DNA of 64,000 bases from Candidatus Woesearchaeota archaeon. Its GTDB lineage: Archaea > Nanobdellota > Nanobdellia > Woesearchaeales > ARS49. The stretch is taken from contig JACQMV010000035.1 in assembly GCA_016203395.1 (NCBI GenBank), positions 415-64,414 on the forward strand, written 5' to 3'. The translations under genes were made by a program, and so were the position numbers. Under the pieces are notes generated by a model that was given only the letters and a program-made list of their open reading frames with translations, did not search any database and had not been told where the DNA came from. Positions 10,303 to 20,038 of the stretch are shown here, in pieces (within the stretch, counting starts at the first letter, position 1; each line of letters opens with the position of its first letter).

Positions 10303-11219
10303 TGTACAAAAAACTAAGCGAAGTGCTTCTGCCAGCTGCCGAAAACAATTATGCAGTGGGACATTTCAACATAAACAACATGGAAATACTTCAGGCAATA
10401 ATGCAGGCAGCACAAGCACAAAAAAGTCCGGTAATATTAGGAACAAGCGAAGGCGCAATAAAATACGCAGGCATACACTTCCTAAAGAAAATAGTTGATG
10501 CTGCAGTAGAAAACTATCCTGATATCCCTGTTGTCCTCCATCTTGACCACGGAAGAACAATGTCATTAATTCAGGCATGCATAAAAAACGGCTGGACAAG
10601 CATAATGTATGATGGTTCTAACCTTTCTTACGAGCAAAATGCCAAAAACACAAGAGAAATTGCACAACTCGCTCATGAAAAAGGAGTGAGCGTTGAGGGC
10701 GAATTAGGAACAATAGGCGGCGCAGAAGACAATGTCAATGCAAGAGAAATAGTTTATACTGAGCCGGAAATTGCAGCAAAATTCGTCAAGCAAACACAGG
10801 TTGATGCGCTGGCTATAGCAATAGGAACAAGCCACGGAGCATACAAGTTCGCAGGAAAACAACAGCTTGATACTGGACGGCTAAAAGTAATAAACGAGCT
10901 TATTACAACACCATTAGTGCTTCACGGAGCATCAGCAGTCCCAAAAGAAATAATTGAAAAAGCAAAAAAATACGGAGCACAACTAGAAGGTGCAGAAGGT
11001 GTTCCTGAAGAGCAGATAACACGAGCAATAAAAAACGGAATAAACAAGATAAACACTGACACAGACATACGACTAACATTCACTGCGACAATTAGAGAGT
11101 TTCTCTCCAACAACCCAAAAGAATTTGATCCGAGAAAAATACTGGGTGTTGCAAGAGAGCAAATGCAGAAAGTGGCTGAACACAGAATGCAACTCTTCGG
11201 AAGTGCAGGAAAAATATGA
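10302..11219 (+). CDS. fba: Class II fructose-1,6-bisphosphate aldolase
   Basis: HLDHG, MYDGS, VEGELG, IGTSHGAYK, LVLHGAS, KINTDTD. Confidence 0.95.
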   Translation: MYKKLSEVLLPAAENNYAVGHFNINNMEILQAIMQAAQAQKSPVILGTSEGAIKYAGIHFLKKIVDAAVENYPDIPVVLHLDHGRTMSLIQACIKNGWTSIMYDGSNLSYEQNAKNTREIAQLAHEKGVSVEGELGTIGGAEDNVNAREIVYTEPEIAAKFVKQTQVDALAIAIGTSHGAYKFAGKQQLDTGRLKVINELITTPLVLHGASAVPKEIIEKAKKYGAQLEGAEGVPEEQITRAIKNGINKINTDTDIRLTFTATIREFLSNNPKEFDPRKILGVAREQMQKVAEHRMQLFGSAGKI

Positions 11220-11641
11220 AAACTTACCTGGGAGCAGACCATGCCGGCTTTTGGCTAAAAGAAAAACTGAAAAAATCAATAAAAGGACTTATTGACATGT
11301 CTCCTGAATACGATGAAAAAGACGATTATCCGATAATATCTGCAAAACTCGCAAAAAAAGTAGCAAAAGAAAAAACAAAAGGAATACTCGTTTGCGGCTC
11401 TGGCGCAGGAGTAGCAATAGCTGCAAACAAAATAAAAGGAATAAGAGCAGTGCCTGCATTTGATACATACGAAGCAACAATGAGCAGGCAACACAATGAC
11501 GCAAACATAATCTGCTTAAGAGCAAGAAAATTCCCTGCAAAAAAAGCAATTATGCTGGCAAAACTATGGCTCAAAACACAATTCTCAAAAGAAGAACGAC
11601 ACGTCAGAAGGATAAAGCAGATAAGAGAGCTAGAAAATTAG
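11216..11641 (+). CDS. rpiB: Ribose-5-phosphate isomerase B
   Basis: GADHAG, CGSGAG, ANKIKGIRA, RQHNDAN, RHVRR. Confidence 0.93.
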   Translation: MKTYLGADHAGFWLKEKLKKSIKGLIDMSPEYDEKDDYPIISAKLAKKVAKEKTKGILVCGSGAGVAIAANKIKGIRAVPAFDTYEATMSRQHNDANIICLRARKFPAKKAIMLAKLWLKTQFSKEERHVRRIKQIRELEN

Positions 11642-11840
11642 CAAGTCACCATGAATGCAGCTTAACATAACTAAGCCGCACCTCATCAAGCGTGATATGG
11701 CAGCAACAAAAGAATCCACCAACAGAATACTGTAAGCGTGTGAGATTTTTGCAGCTTCATGAGCAATTATGCAGTCAGCCAGAACTAGCATGATCTTCTC
11801 TGATGCCAAAGCTTAAATACCTTTTTATCAGCAAACAGGT

Positions 11841-12461
11841 ATGGTGACAATAATTCCTACAATATTAACAAAAAGCGTGTGGGAAGCGAAAAAGAAACTC
11901 AGAGAAATAGAAAAATACTGCAAAGAAGTCCACATAGATATTGCTGATAATGAATTTGTCAGCAACAAAACATTTCCTGCATCAACAATACCACTACTCA
12001 AAACAAAGAGCAAAAAAATAGTTCATGCAATGTGCTTCTGTCCTGAAAAACACGTCAAACAATGGAAAAACTGCAAAATCATCTTCCACGCAGAAGCAGT
12101 TGCTGATGTTAAAAAAACTGCAAAAAAACTCGCACTCACAGGAATAAAACCAGCAATCGCAATAACTCCTAATTCACCTGCGAGCATTGCAATTCCTGCA
12201 CTGCCATACGTAAGCGAAGTATTAGTAATGACAGTATATCCGGGATTCGGAGGACAACCACTTATCAAAGAAACCCTAAAAAAAATAAAAGAAATAAAAA
12301 CGCTAAAAAACATCAAAGTCAGTGTAGATGGCGGGATAAACAAGACAACTGCAAAACTTGCTGTTAAAGCAGGAGCAGACATTCTTTACATTGGAAGTGC
12401 GTTATGGAAGGAAGCATTCGGTTTACGCCTGAAAGAAATTAGAAGTTTATTAAGAAAATGA
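11841..12461 (+). CDS. rpe: Ribulose-phosphate 3-epimerase
   Basis: HIDIAD, VHAM, FHAE, VMTVYPGFGGQ, VDGGI. Confidence 0.92.
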   Translation: MVTIIPTILTKSVWEAKKKLREIEKYCKEVHIDIADNEFVSNKTFPASTIPLLKTKSKKIVHAMCFCPEKHVKQWKNCKIIFHAEAVADVKKTAKKLALTGIKPAIAITPNSPASIAIPALPYVSEVLVMTVYPGFGGQPLIKETLKKIKEIKTLKNIKVSVDGGINKTTAKLAVKAGADILYIGSALWKEAFGLRLKEIRSLLRK

Positions 12462-12599
12462 GGACTGAACAAAAAAGTTCAAATATAAAACGCCTTTTAT
12501 AGGTATACATGGCAAGGCAACACGATAGGAAACAATCAAGATGCAATTAAACTGTTGTATTGTGGTAACATTAAAAAACTCTCTCTTAATACTTGTATT

Positions 12600-13529
12600 A
12601 TGGATTACGACGTATTAATCATAGGTGCAGGAGCAGCAGGACTAAGCGCTGCTATCTACACGTGCAGAAAAAAACTGAAAACAACAGTTGTAAGCATTGA
12701 TACAGGAGGGCAGACAAACCTAACAAGCAACATAGAAAACTATCCCGGAACAGAGCCAATGCACGGACACGAATTAATGAAAAGATTCAAAACTAATGCA
12801 CAAGCCCTCGGATGCGAGTTCATAAATGGAAAAGCAACACTTGTTGAAAAAACACAAGAAGGATTCAAAACAACACTTTCGCATGGAGAAAAAATACTCT
12901 CAAAAACAGTAATAACCTGCTTTGGCAAAGTTCCAAGAAAACTAAGCATTTCCGGAGAAGAAAAATTTGCCGGAAGAGGAGTTTCCCAGTGTTCATCATT
13001 GCAGCCGGAAGAATGCACAAACAAAACAGTTGTAGTAATAGGCGGAGGAAACAGTGCAGTAGAAACTGTAATAAAACTCTCAAAGTACTGCAAAAAAATT
13101 CACTTACTCCATAGACGGGATACTCTGACAGCAGATGAAACGAGTATAGCAAAACTAAAAGAAATAAAAAACATTGAATACCACTTAAATACCACTCCGC
13201 TAGAAATCACAGGAGACAAAAAAGCAGAAACAATAAAAATAAAAAACAACACTGAAAAAGAACTACCTGTTGATGAAATACTAATAGAAATTGGCTACAT
13301 GAACGATCCAGGCCCTGTCCAACACCTTGTTGATATAAATGAAAAAAAAGAAATAATCATAAATGAACGGTGTGAAACAAAAACAAAAGGACTATATGCT
13401 GCAGGAGACTGCACAACAATCCCATTCAAACAAACAATAACGAGTGCAGGAGAAGGAGCGAAAGCAGGTTTAGAAGCACACCGCTACCTCACAGGAGGAA
13501 AAGGTGTCACAATAGACTGGACACATTAG
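12600..13529 (+). CDS. Thioredoxin reductase-like FAD/NAD(P) oxidoreductase lacking the canonical CxxC
   Basis: IIGAGAAG, IENYPG, GRGVSQCSSL, IGGGNSA, LYAAGD. Confidence 0.85.
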   Translation: MDYDVLIIGAGAAGLSAAIYTCRKKLKTTVVSIDTGGQTNLTSNIENYPGTEPMHGHELMKRFKTNAQALGCEFINGKATLVEKTQEGFKTTLSHGEKILSKTVITCFGKVPRKLSISGEEKFAGRGVSQCSSLQPEECTNKTVVVIGGGNSAVETVIKLSKYCKKIHLLHRRDTLTADETSIAKLKEIKNIEYHLNTTPLEITGDKKAETIKIKNNTEKELPVDEILIEIGYMNDPGPVQHLVDINEKKEIIINERCETKTKGLYAAGDCTTIPFKQTITSAGEGAKAGLEAHRYLTGGKGVTIDWTH

Positions 13530-13610
13530 TCAAGCCACGAAAACTGCTAAAAAAGAAATACAGCCACAATTCTTACTGAACAACAGATAAATTAACACCT
13601 GACTTATTAT

Positions 13611-14669
13611 TTATATAATTACAGCAGAAGAATCTGATGTTCGTGTAAATATAGTTGATGGCTTATCCTTGAGAAAATCAAATGAGTATAGCCGAACAGT
13701 TTCCTCGCCACTTTTCAGGTCAGAGAGATAAGCATCAAGAAATTCCTGAACTAATTCATCCTGTGTTACTGGTTGCAATAACACAACCTGTTCCTCAAGC
13801 GGCAATTCATTTAGAAGTGATGGCTCTTCTTTCAACAGCGAATACACCAAATGACTTTTAGCCAATACTTTTCTTACTTCAGGAGAATTGACCTTCAAAT
13901 GATACTCAACACCATTCATTTTTGATGCATCAATGTTTAATTCTACAAAAGCAGCACCTTCCATACTTTTCAATCTGTTTTTTACTGCTTCATTGCTTAA
14001 CTTTACGAAATTTGCCGCATACAACTTGCTTAGCACTTTGTTCCTAGGAACTAAAGAGCCCTGAAATTCTGGAATAACCGGCTGGTTATGCGTTGCCATA
14101 AATAAACTATAAAATCCATTAAAGTGAGCTGTTTTACTGCCATTACATGAAATCTGATAAGATTTTGTTTCAAACTCCATCTCTAACAAATCAGGCCTTG
14201 CAAAGCCATCTATACCGCCAATTTGTGAATTAATTGTAGAAGCAGTAGTTAGCACTTCTAACATTAGTTTGTCATCCAAAATCATATACGGATTACGTTC
14301 AATATCCAAAATACGTCCAGACAAGTTCTTTATTTGCTGCACAGTCCCTTTTGAAGAATCCCAATTAATCCTGACACGGTAGCCCTGCTGCAATGGCGTT
14401 GTTTCCAATCTGCCAATCAAACAGTCGTTCTTAAGAACGCGAGCAATAATCCCTTTATTGCGTGAATAAAACTCGCGAAGTATCATCTGAAAATCAATGC
14501 CAGAAAACCTTATTGCGCAATCATAATCTGCATCAAGCTGGGATAGCGTTGCCAGAAGAAAAACCTTATCCTTAGCAACAAAACCACTAAAGTCAAGAGA
14601 TTGCTCACTGAAACCAGGCAATACTTGCGTAAGCATGTCAAATTCCTTTTGATTAATACTTACTTTCAT
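13611..14669 (-). CDS. Hypothetical protein, last gene of the ClpX/GHKL operon
   Basis: 352-aa ORF overlapping the upstream gene; GAGGT SD-like sequence before ATG. Confidence 0.75.
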   Translation of the reverse strand: MKVSINQKEFDMLTQVLPGFSEQSLDFSGFVAKDKVFLLATLSQLDADYDCAIRFSGIDFQMILREFYSRNKGIIARVLKNDCLIGRLETTPLQQGYRVRINWDSSKGTVQQIKNLSGRILDIERNPYMILDDKLMLEVLTTASTINSQIGGIDGFARPDLLEMEFETKSYQISCNGSKTAHFNGFYSLFMATHNQPVIPEFQGSLVPRNKVLSKLYAANFVKLSNEAVKNRLKSMEGAAFVELNIDASKMNGVEYHLKVNSPEVRKVLAKSHLVYSLLKEEPSLLNELPLEEQVVLLQPVTQDELVQEFLDAYLSDLKSGEETVRLYSFDFLKDKPSTIFTRTSDSSAVII

Positions 14670-17400
14670 CTGCTACCTCACGTTCATAAAATTCATACTT
14701 ATCAGATTCTTGTATTACCTTTTTAGCAACCACACTCAACGCTCTGCAAAGGTTTCCATGCGCAAGAGCTTTCTCCTCATTAATAAGTTCAAATATCGCA
14801 GGAGCAGAATAACTGCGTATGAGCTTTGCCCTTGTTTTGTAAAACAAGCTCTGAGTAAGTTCAGAATTAAGCTGCAAACCCTTGGCTTTACTGCCAAACA
14901 CTGCATTAAACAAAAACCTGCTTCTTGATGCCTCATCCATTACTTCAAGCCGTCTTACAAAAGCAGCATAATAACAATTTTCTACCAAAAACTCGGCCTG
15001 ATTTAGCGTTGCTGCAAAAGCAACCTCATCAGGATAAGCATTTCCAAGCCAAAAATCCAGTTCATTTCTTCTACCTTTTGATACAATCCTGCAAACAGCA
15101 CGCATTCTTTGAAAATCATCCAAGCCACTCAAGTAATTCTCCAACTTCAATTTGTTATTTTTGGAATAATAAAACAATGCAACAGCAGAAGGAGAGTTAT
15201 CACAAGCAAGCATGGCTCTTTCAAGCATTTCTGCATGCACTTCCAGTGCGTGATCACGTGATACGCAATCAGAAACAACGCCCTTGGCGTGGATTAACGG
15301 AATTAACGCATAAACCAGTTCTGGAATTTTTTTGTCGGCAACCAATACAAACTCAGAAGCATTCCTGCCAATACCAACGTGGAGGCCTTCATAATCCTGC
15401 TGAACTAATGTGTGTTTGTTATTAAAATGCATGCCGCACTCCTGACAATGGTTGAAATCAATCAGATTAAAACCAAAACCATGCATGTCACTCAATGCAA
15501 AACTCATCATTCTAACTAATGACTCCATTCTCGCCTTATTAGCTTCATTAATCGCATGCCTTTCATATACTCTTCTCTCAAAATAATTCCTGAGCATTCT
15601 ACTCACAGCAAAAGAATCTGATTTTTCCTGAGAATCAGCATCCTGCGTATGACGTGTTGCAGCATGCTTTACTGCATTAAATGAAGGCACTAAAACCTTT
15701 GTAGTAATAAAAGAATGACGCGCACTTTCTGACACTTTTTTGCTTGCAGATGCGCAATTATCAATCAAATAAGCTGAACCTTGCTTTATTGCATTACCTG
15801 CTGAACAAGACGCATCAAAAACCAAATTGTATGCACGACTAACTGCGCCTTTTACTCTCCTATAATTTTTCCTTGTAGAATCCTTCATTCTATTAATTGA
15901 TTTCTCATTCTTAGCAATAACTTCATTTCCAAAATCATAAGCAACATTTGTTGCCTTAGCAGCAACATAGCCAGTCAAACAAACACCGCCAATTGCTCCG
16001 CACGCAATTGCTCCTGTAGAAACAACATCAAGAATCACATCACCCACACTATATGCATTAACTGCCAATGCGCCTGCTCCAGCAATGTAAATTCCTGCAG
16101 CAGAAACAGTTTTTATTACCGGATTATTAATCCCTGAAAAAGGAGCGAGCAAAATATTAGCTCCTTTTTTTGCATGCTTTCCTCCAATGCACATGGCACG
16201 AGTGAGTGTGGCTTTTCTCTGCACATTACACAAGTAAGAATCATAATCCTTAATAGGAATATAACGCGATGGAGTGCAAAATATGTCAAAGAATACTCTT
16301 GTAAAGTCTATCTCAGAGAAATCAAGCACAAGCCCATCTCCTTCTTCAGGCAGTGTATTTTCTCTTGAAAAAAACAGTATCTTCGATCTCTGGTTAATAC
16401 TAAGAAAATCTGAGATATCTGCCAAAGAAAGTTTTCTGTTATAAACATCCTTAAAAACATCTGCTGTCACAACTGCGCTTTCAAGATCACCGAGCCGGTT
16501 ATTTCTTGCCCGGAGACCAATTACTTCCAATGGCAAATTAGACATAATGCCCTTTGCTAAAACCCCAAAGGGCTCATGAAACTCCTTATCATCAGGATGC
16601 TCAATAAACTTCTTTACAATCTCCAGATTCAACAAGTAAATGCCCTTTACTGCAGACTGTGTAAGATCCTGAACTGTTTTTTCTGATTCAAGAGCAGCAG
16701 TTGAAGGAACCATTGGAATATCCGGACTGTCAATAATAACATATTTTCCTGAACCAATAGTGCTTGTTGCACTATAAACAAGAACGTTGTTTCTGAGCAA
16801 CAACAGCTTACCTGATACTCCTTTTTGTTCTTCACAAAGCAAGCCAGCAACAGCTCTTGTATTACCTGCACTAAAATCAACTACACACCTTGATTTGATA
16901 TCAATATTAACTTTTTTCTTTCCAAGATATACTGGAACAGAACTGTATTTGCACCGTTCTATAATCTTGGCAACTGCGTTATCGTGAGACCCTTCTCGTT
17001 TCTTAACAACAACATGCATGCCGTTTTTTAAGGATGATTTCTCAAATGTCTGATGACCGAGAGCATCAATACGAAGCTGAACAGCACTGCCATTGTGAGC
17101 ACTATCAAGAATAATTTCCAACGGACTTATTGCAAATGCAGAATACACCAGTCCGGGAATGTTAGAACTGCCTGCTTGTGTGGTAAACGCCTGTTTGAGA
17201 GATTCTTCGCTAATACCCTCGCCATCTGAACGAACAGAAAATTCAGAAGCACTGCAATTAACTCTGACCTCGCCGGGTCTTGTCTGCATCACTAACTCAA
17301 CAAGAGCAGAAGCATACGCGCCCGGTTCCTTATCTGTGCACTGACCCAGCTTACGTGCCCTGCTAATAACATCCACTGTGTAAGGAAAATCTTTATTCAT
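14653..17400 (-). CDS. Degenerate GHKL/HSP90-like ATPase-domain protein with central hydrophobic helices (paralog 2)
   Basis: N-terminus MNKDFPYTVDVISRARKL...ALVELV...VRSDGEGI parallels the upstream paralog; Asn box and G2 box degenerate; Gly/Ala-rich hydrophobic segments mid-protein; GGAGG before ATG 17400. Confidence 0.6.
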   Translation of the reverse strand: MNKDFPYTVDVISRARKLGQCTDKEPGAYASALVELVMQTRPGEVRVNCSASEFSVRSDGEGISEESLKQAFTTQAGSSNIPGLVYSAFAISPLEIILDSAHNGSAVQLRIDALGHQTFEKSSLKNGMHVVVKKREGSHDNAVAKIIERCKYSSVPVYLGKKKVNIDIKSRCVVDFSAGNTRAVAGLLCEEQKGVSGKLLLLRNNVLVYSATSTIGSGKYVIIDSPDIPMVPSTAALESEKTVQDLTQSAVKGIYLLNLEIVKKFIEHPDDKEFHEPFGVLAKGIMSNLPLEVIGLRARNNRLGDLESAVVTADVFKDVYNRKLSLADISDFLSINQRSKILFFSRENTLPEEGDGLVLDFSEIDFTRVFFDIFCTPSRYIPIKDYDSYLCNVQRKATLTRAMCIGGKHAKKGANILLAPFSGINNPVIKTVSAAGIYIAGAGALAVNAYSVGDVILDVVSTGAIACGAIGGVCLTGYVAAKATNVAYDFGNEVIAKNEKSINRMKDSTRKNYRRVKGAVSRAYNLVFDASCSAGNAIKQGSAYLIDNCASASKKVSESARHSFITTKVLVPSFNAVKHAATRHTQDADSQEKSDSFAVSRMLRNYFERRVYERHAINEANKARMESLVRMMSFALSDMHGFGFNLIDFNHCQECGMHFNNKHTLVQQDYEGLHVGIGRNASEFVLVADKKIPELVYALIPLIHAKGVVSDCVSRDHALEVHAEMLERAMLACDNSPSAVALFYYSKNNKLKLENYLSGLDDFQRMRAVCRIVSKGRRNELDFWLGNAYPDEVAFAATLNQAEFLVENCYYAAFVRRLEVMDEASRSRFLFNAVFGSKAKGLQLNSELTQSLFYKTRAKLIRSYSAPAIFELINEEKALAHGNLCRALSVVAKKVIQESDKYEFYEREVADESKY

Positions 17401-20038
17401 CAGAATCCTCCAAATAACTCTCCCATGATAGCGTTTCATGAATCAAAAAACGCGGTTGATCTTTAAGCAATTCCTTAACAACCCTATACTCATTATGTTC
17501 AGCCAATCTCTCGCGGATGAAACGCACTTTTGTTGATACACACGTCCCTTTTTTGTTTTCTGCTATACGCCTAACAACGCGGTCTGTTGCGTTCTCTAAA
17601 TCAATTCCAATAAAATTAACTGAATCGGCAATGTCGCGCATGGACTCTCTTGTCGGTTCATGGCAGAAATACAATTCAAAAGCAAGACCCATTCTTTTGT
17701 CACAATCCAGCAACCCGTATCTTGTCAAAAACGCACTCCTGTGATTTCGTTCAAGAAGCATAGCCATATTATTCGGAGTAATACTTGCGAGACGCTCAAC
17801 TTCTAAAGGAAATGCAGAAGCGAGCCATTCATCAATAACAGGAAAACGTTTACTAACATCATGCAAAAGCGAGTGGATAACTGCATTTTTTCTGGTATAA
17901 TCAAGCCATCTGATTTCTGTTTCTAAGCGAGAAAGGTCTTTCTTCGCATACCATTGCCTAAAGAATTCAGTAGGAGGGTAAACTAATGAATCAATACAAG
18001 TCCAAAGCACCCTTGAATTTATGTTTGTTGCATCTGCATAAGGAGATTTTGCACGTGTTGCTAATGCATGAGCAAGAGGAATTACTGTGTAAGCAAATGC
18101 GTTATCCTCCTTAATAGCGCTGACTAACTGCTGAAGTTCAGGGTTGTTACCATTCAAGCCAAAATGAGGATGCTCCGATCTACCGTCATTAAACATAGCC
18201 ATTAACTTCTTGCTCTTACTCAACACAAGATGAAACGGACATTCATAGCAATCATTTATTCTATCAACCCCTTTAGCGACAGTGTCCAAAACAAGTATTA
18301 AGTCAGCAAATTCTCTGGCTTTTTCTATCCTCTTCTTTTCTTCCTGTGCTTTTTCATCCTCTGCTGTTTTATTCAGCGAGTTTGAAAGCCACTCAAAAGG
18401 AGTTCTAAACATCTTACCAATATCAAACTTAGCTATTTTGACAGCACGATCTGCTGTACTTTCCAACAAAGGGGCGTATTTTTGCAGTTTTGAGCTACAA
18501 CTTTGTTTCAACCTGCGAATCCCCTCTATGTTCCTGTTAACAACGTAGTAAACGCCTGCTCCAGCAGCACCAGCACTTGCGGTAGTTGCTCCTGCAGCTG
18601 CAAGCAGCTTTAGTGCAGGTACAATATTCTGCCCCATATCAAACGTGCTGTATGCAAGCAAGCTAATACCCGAACCATAAGTCACGAGCGCAGTAGCACA
18701 AGCAGCTTTTTCACCAAGCAATTCTTCAACCTTTTTAAAAGGATGCATTAAGAAATTTGCTTGGGCTAAATACCTCACCCGAGTACGCTCCAAATACTCC
18801 TGCCTTCTCTGGCCAAAAGCAGCGTCTGAAATATAGGCATCATAATCCTGCACAGCACACCTCCAACTCGGGCTAGTAGTAGAAAAAATATAAGGATTAT
18901 CGCCTTTTAAAAGCAGGATAACAAATGGTTTTTTAGTGTCCTTTCTATGCGTATAAAAAATAATGCCTTTGTGTTGCTCCATCCTCTGCCTTTCTAAATC
19001 ATATATTGAATACACCCTGCCTTCATTATCGCGAAAAACCCCAGCAAGCAGTACGTGCCTCTTAATATCTGACAAACTGAGAGTGTTAGGATGGTCAAGC
19101 GATATAACACCAGCAACACTACGATACGCTTTGATACTTGATTCTGCCCTATCAAAAAAGAACCTTTTCGTAAATGTTCTTTCATTCACAAAAGGAGAAC
19201 GAATGTGCTCGTCAATAATCCCTTTTTCAAGAGCTTCCATTGCTTTGCCAACAACTGCTTTCAACAGGGTTACCTGCTTATCCTGCTCAAGCGAACGCCC
19301 GATACTAAACAATGGAAGTGTATCACAGTTTGCAATACCCCAAAAATCTTCATAACCCCATTTAAGATTCCCTATACTAATCCCTTTTCTAAGAACTCTA
19401 GTAGTGCCATAACAAGGATGGTCATAATGCGATTCTCTTGATTCACCCGTTCCTACAACACCTGTTATCCCTGAATCAGTAAATTCTTGCACAACACAAC
19501 AAGGAAATTTTAGTGGCTTGCTTAACTGTTTTTTCCCTTGAAATATCGGGGCAGTTGAATACAGACACTTTTTTCTAATACAAGGTGTTTCGTAATCAAA
19601 CAATGAATGAGTATTCTTTTCAACCATTACAAGTATTCCATTATCAAGAGAGCCAGTGCTGAAATTAGGATTGCCATTTTCATCAATTTCCAAACGCGTT
19701 TTTTCACCTCCCACAGAGGATTCAAGAAATATTCTTTTTGGACTGATTGCTAAAGCAGACATAAGCAAAACAAGAAGCCCTTCTGCTTTTCCAGCATCAA
19801 TAGCACTGCTGCCAGATGCGTAAATATCCTCAAGCTCTTTTCTTGTAAAACCGCCGGAAGGTGAGCGCACTCCAAAGGTGCTTGAAGTTCTACACAAGAC
19901 CATTCTTGAAGGATTGGTTTCTGCAACGAACCGAACAAGATTAACCGCATACTGCGCTTTATCATTTGTTTGATACATTGCCAGCTTTCTTACTTTGCTT
20001 GCCAAGTTCACCTTATACGGAAAATCACTGTCTGGCAT
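17393..20038 (-). CDS. Degenerate GHKL/HSP90-like ATPase-domain protein with central hydrophobic helices (paralog 1)
   Basis: MPDSDFPYKVNLASKVRKL...; shares ALAISP--I-LES, KCLYSTAP, VF-D...S--D and DYDAY blocks with 14653-17400; hydrophobic hairpin LVTYGSGISLLAY / AAGATTASAGAAGAGVYYVV. Confidence 0.6.
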   Translation of the reverse strand: MPDSDFPYKVNLASKVRKLAMYQTNDKAQYAVNLVRFVAETNPSRMVLCRTSSTFGVRSPSGGFTRKELEDIYASGSSAIDAGKAEGLLVLLMSALAISPKRIFLESSVGGEKTRLEIDENGNPNFSTGSLDNGILVMVEKNTHSLFDYETPCIRKKCLYSTAPIFQGKKQLSKPLKFPCCVVQEFTDSGITGVVGTGESRESHYDHPCYGTTRVLRKGISIGNLKWGYEDFWGIANCDTLPLFSIGRSLEQDKQVTLLKAVVGKAMEALEKGIIDEHIRSPFVNERTFTKRFFFDRAESSIKAYRSVAGVISLDHPNTLSLSDIKRHVLLAGVFRDNEGRVYSIYDLERQRMEQHKGIIFYTHRKDTKKPFVILLLKGDNPYIFSTTSPSWRCAVQDYDAYISDAAFGQRRQEYLERTRVRYLAQANFLMHPFKKVEELLGEKAACATALVTYGSGISLLAYSTFDMGQNIVPALKLLAAAGATTASAGAAGAGVYYVVNRNIEGIRRLKQSCSSKLQKYAPLLESTADRAVKIAKFDIGKMFRTPFEWLSNSLNKTAEDEKAQEEKKRIEKAREFADLILVLDTVAKGVDRINDCYECPFHLVLSKSKKLMAMFNDGRSEHPHFGLNGNNPELQQLVSAIKEDNAFAYTVIPLAHALATRAKSPYADATNINSRVLWTCIDSLVYPPTEFFRQWYAKKDLSRLETEIRWLDYTRKNAVIHSLLHDVSKRFPVIDEWLASAFPLEVERLASITPNNMAMLLERNHRSAFLTRYGLLDCDKRMGLAFELYFCHEPTRESMRDIADSVNFIGIDLENATDRVVRRIAENKKGTCVSTKVRFIRERLAEHNEYRVVKELLKDQPRFLIHETLSWESYLEDSDE

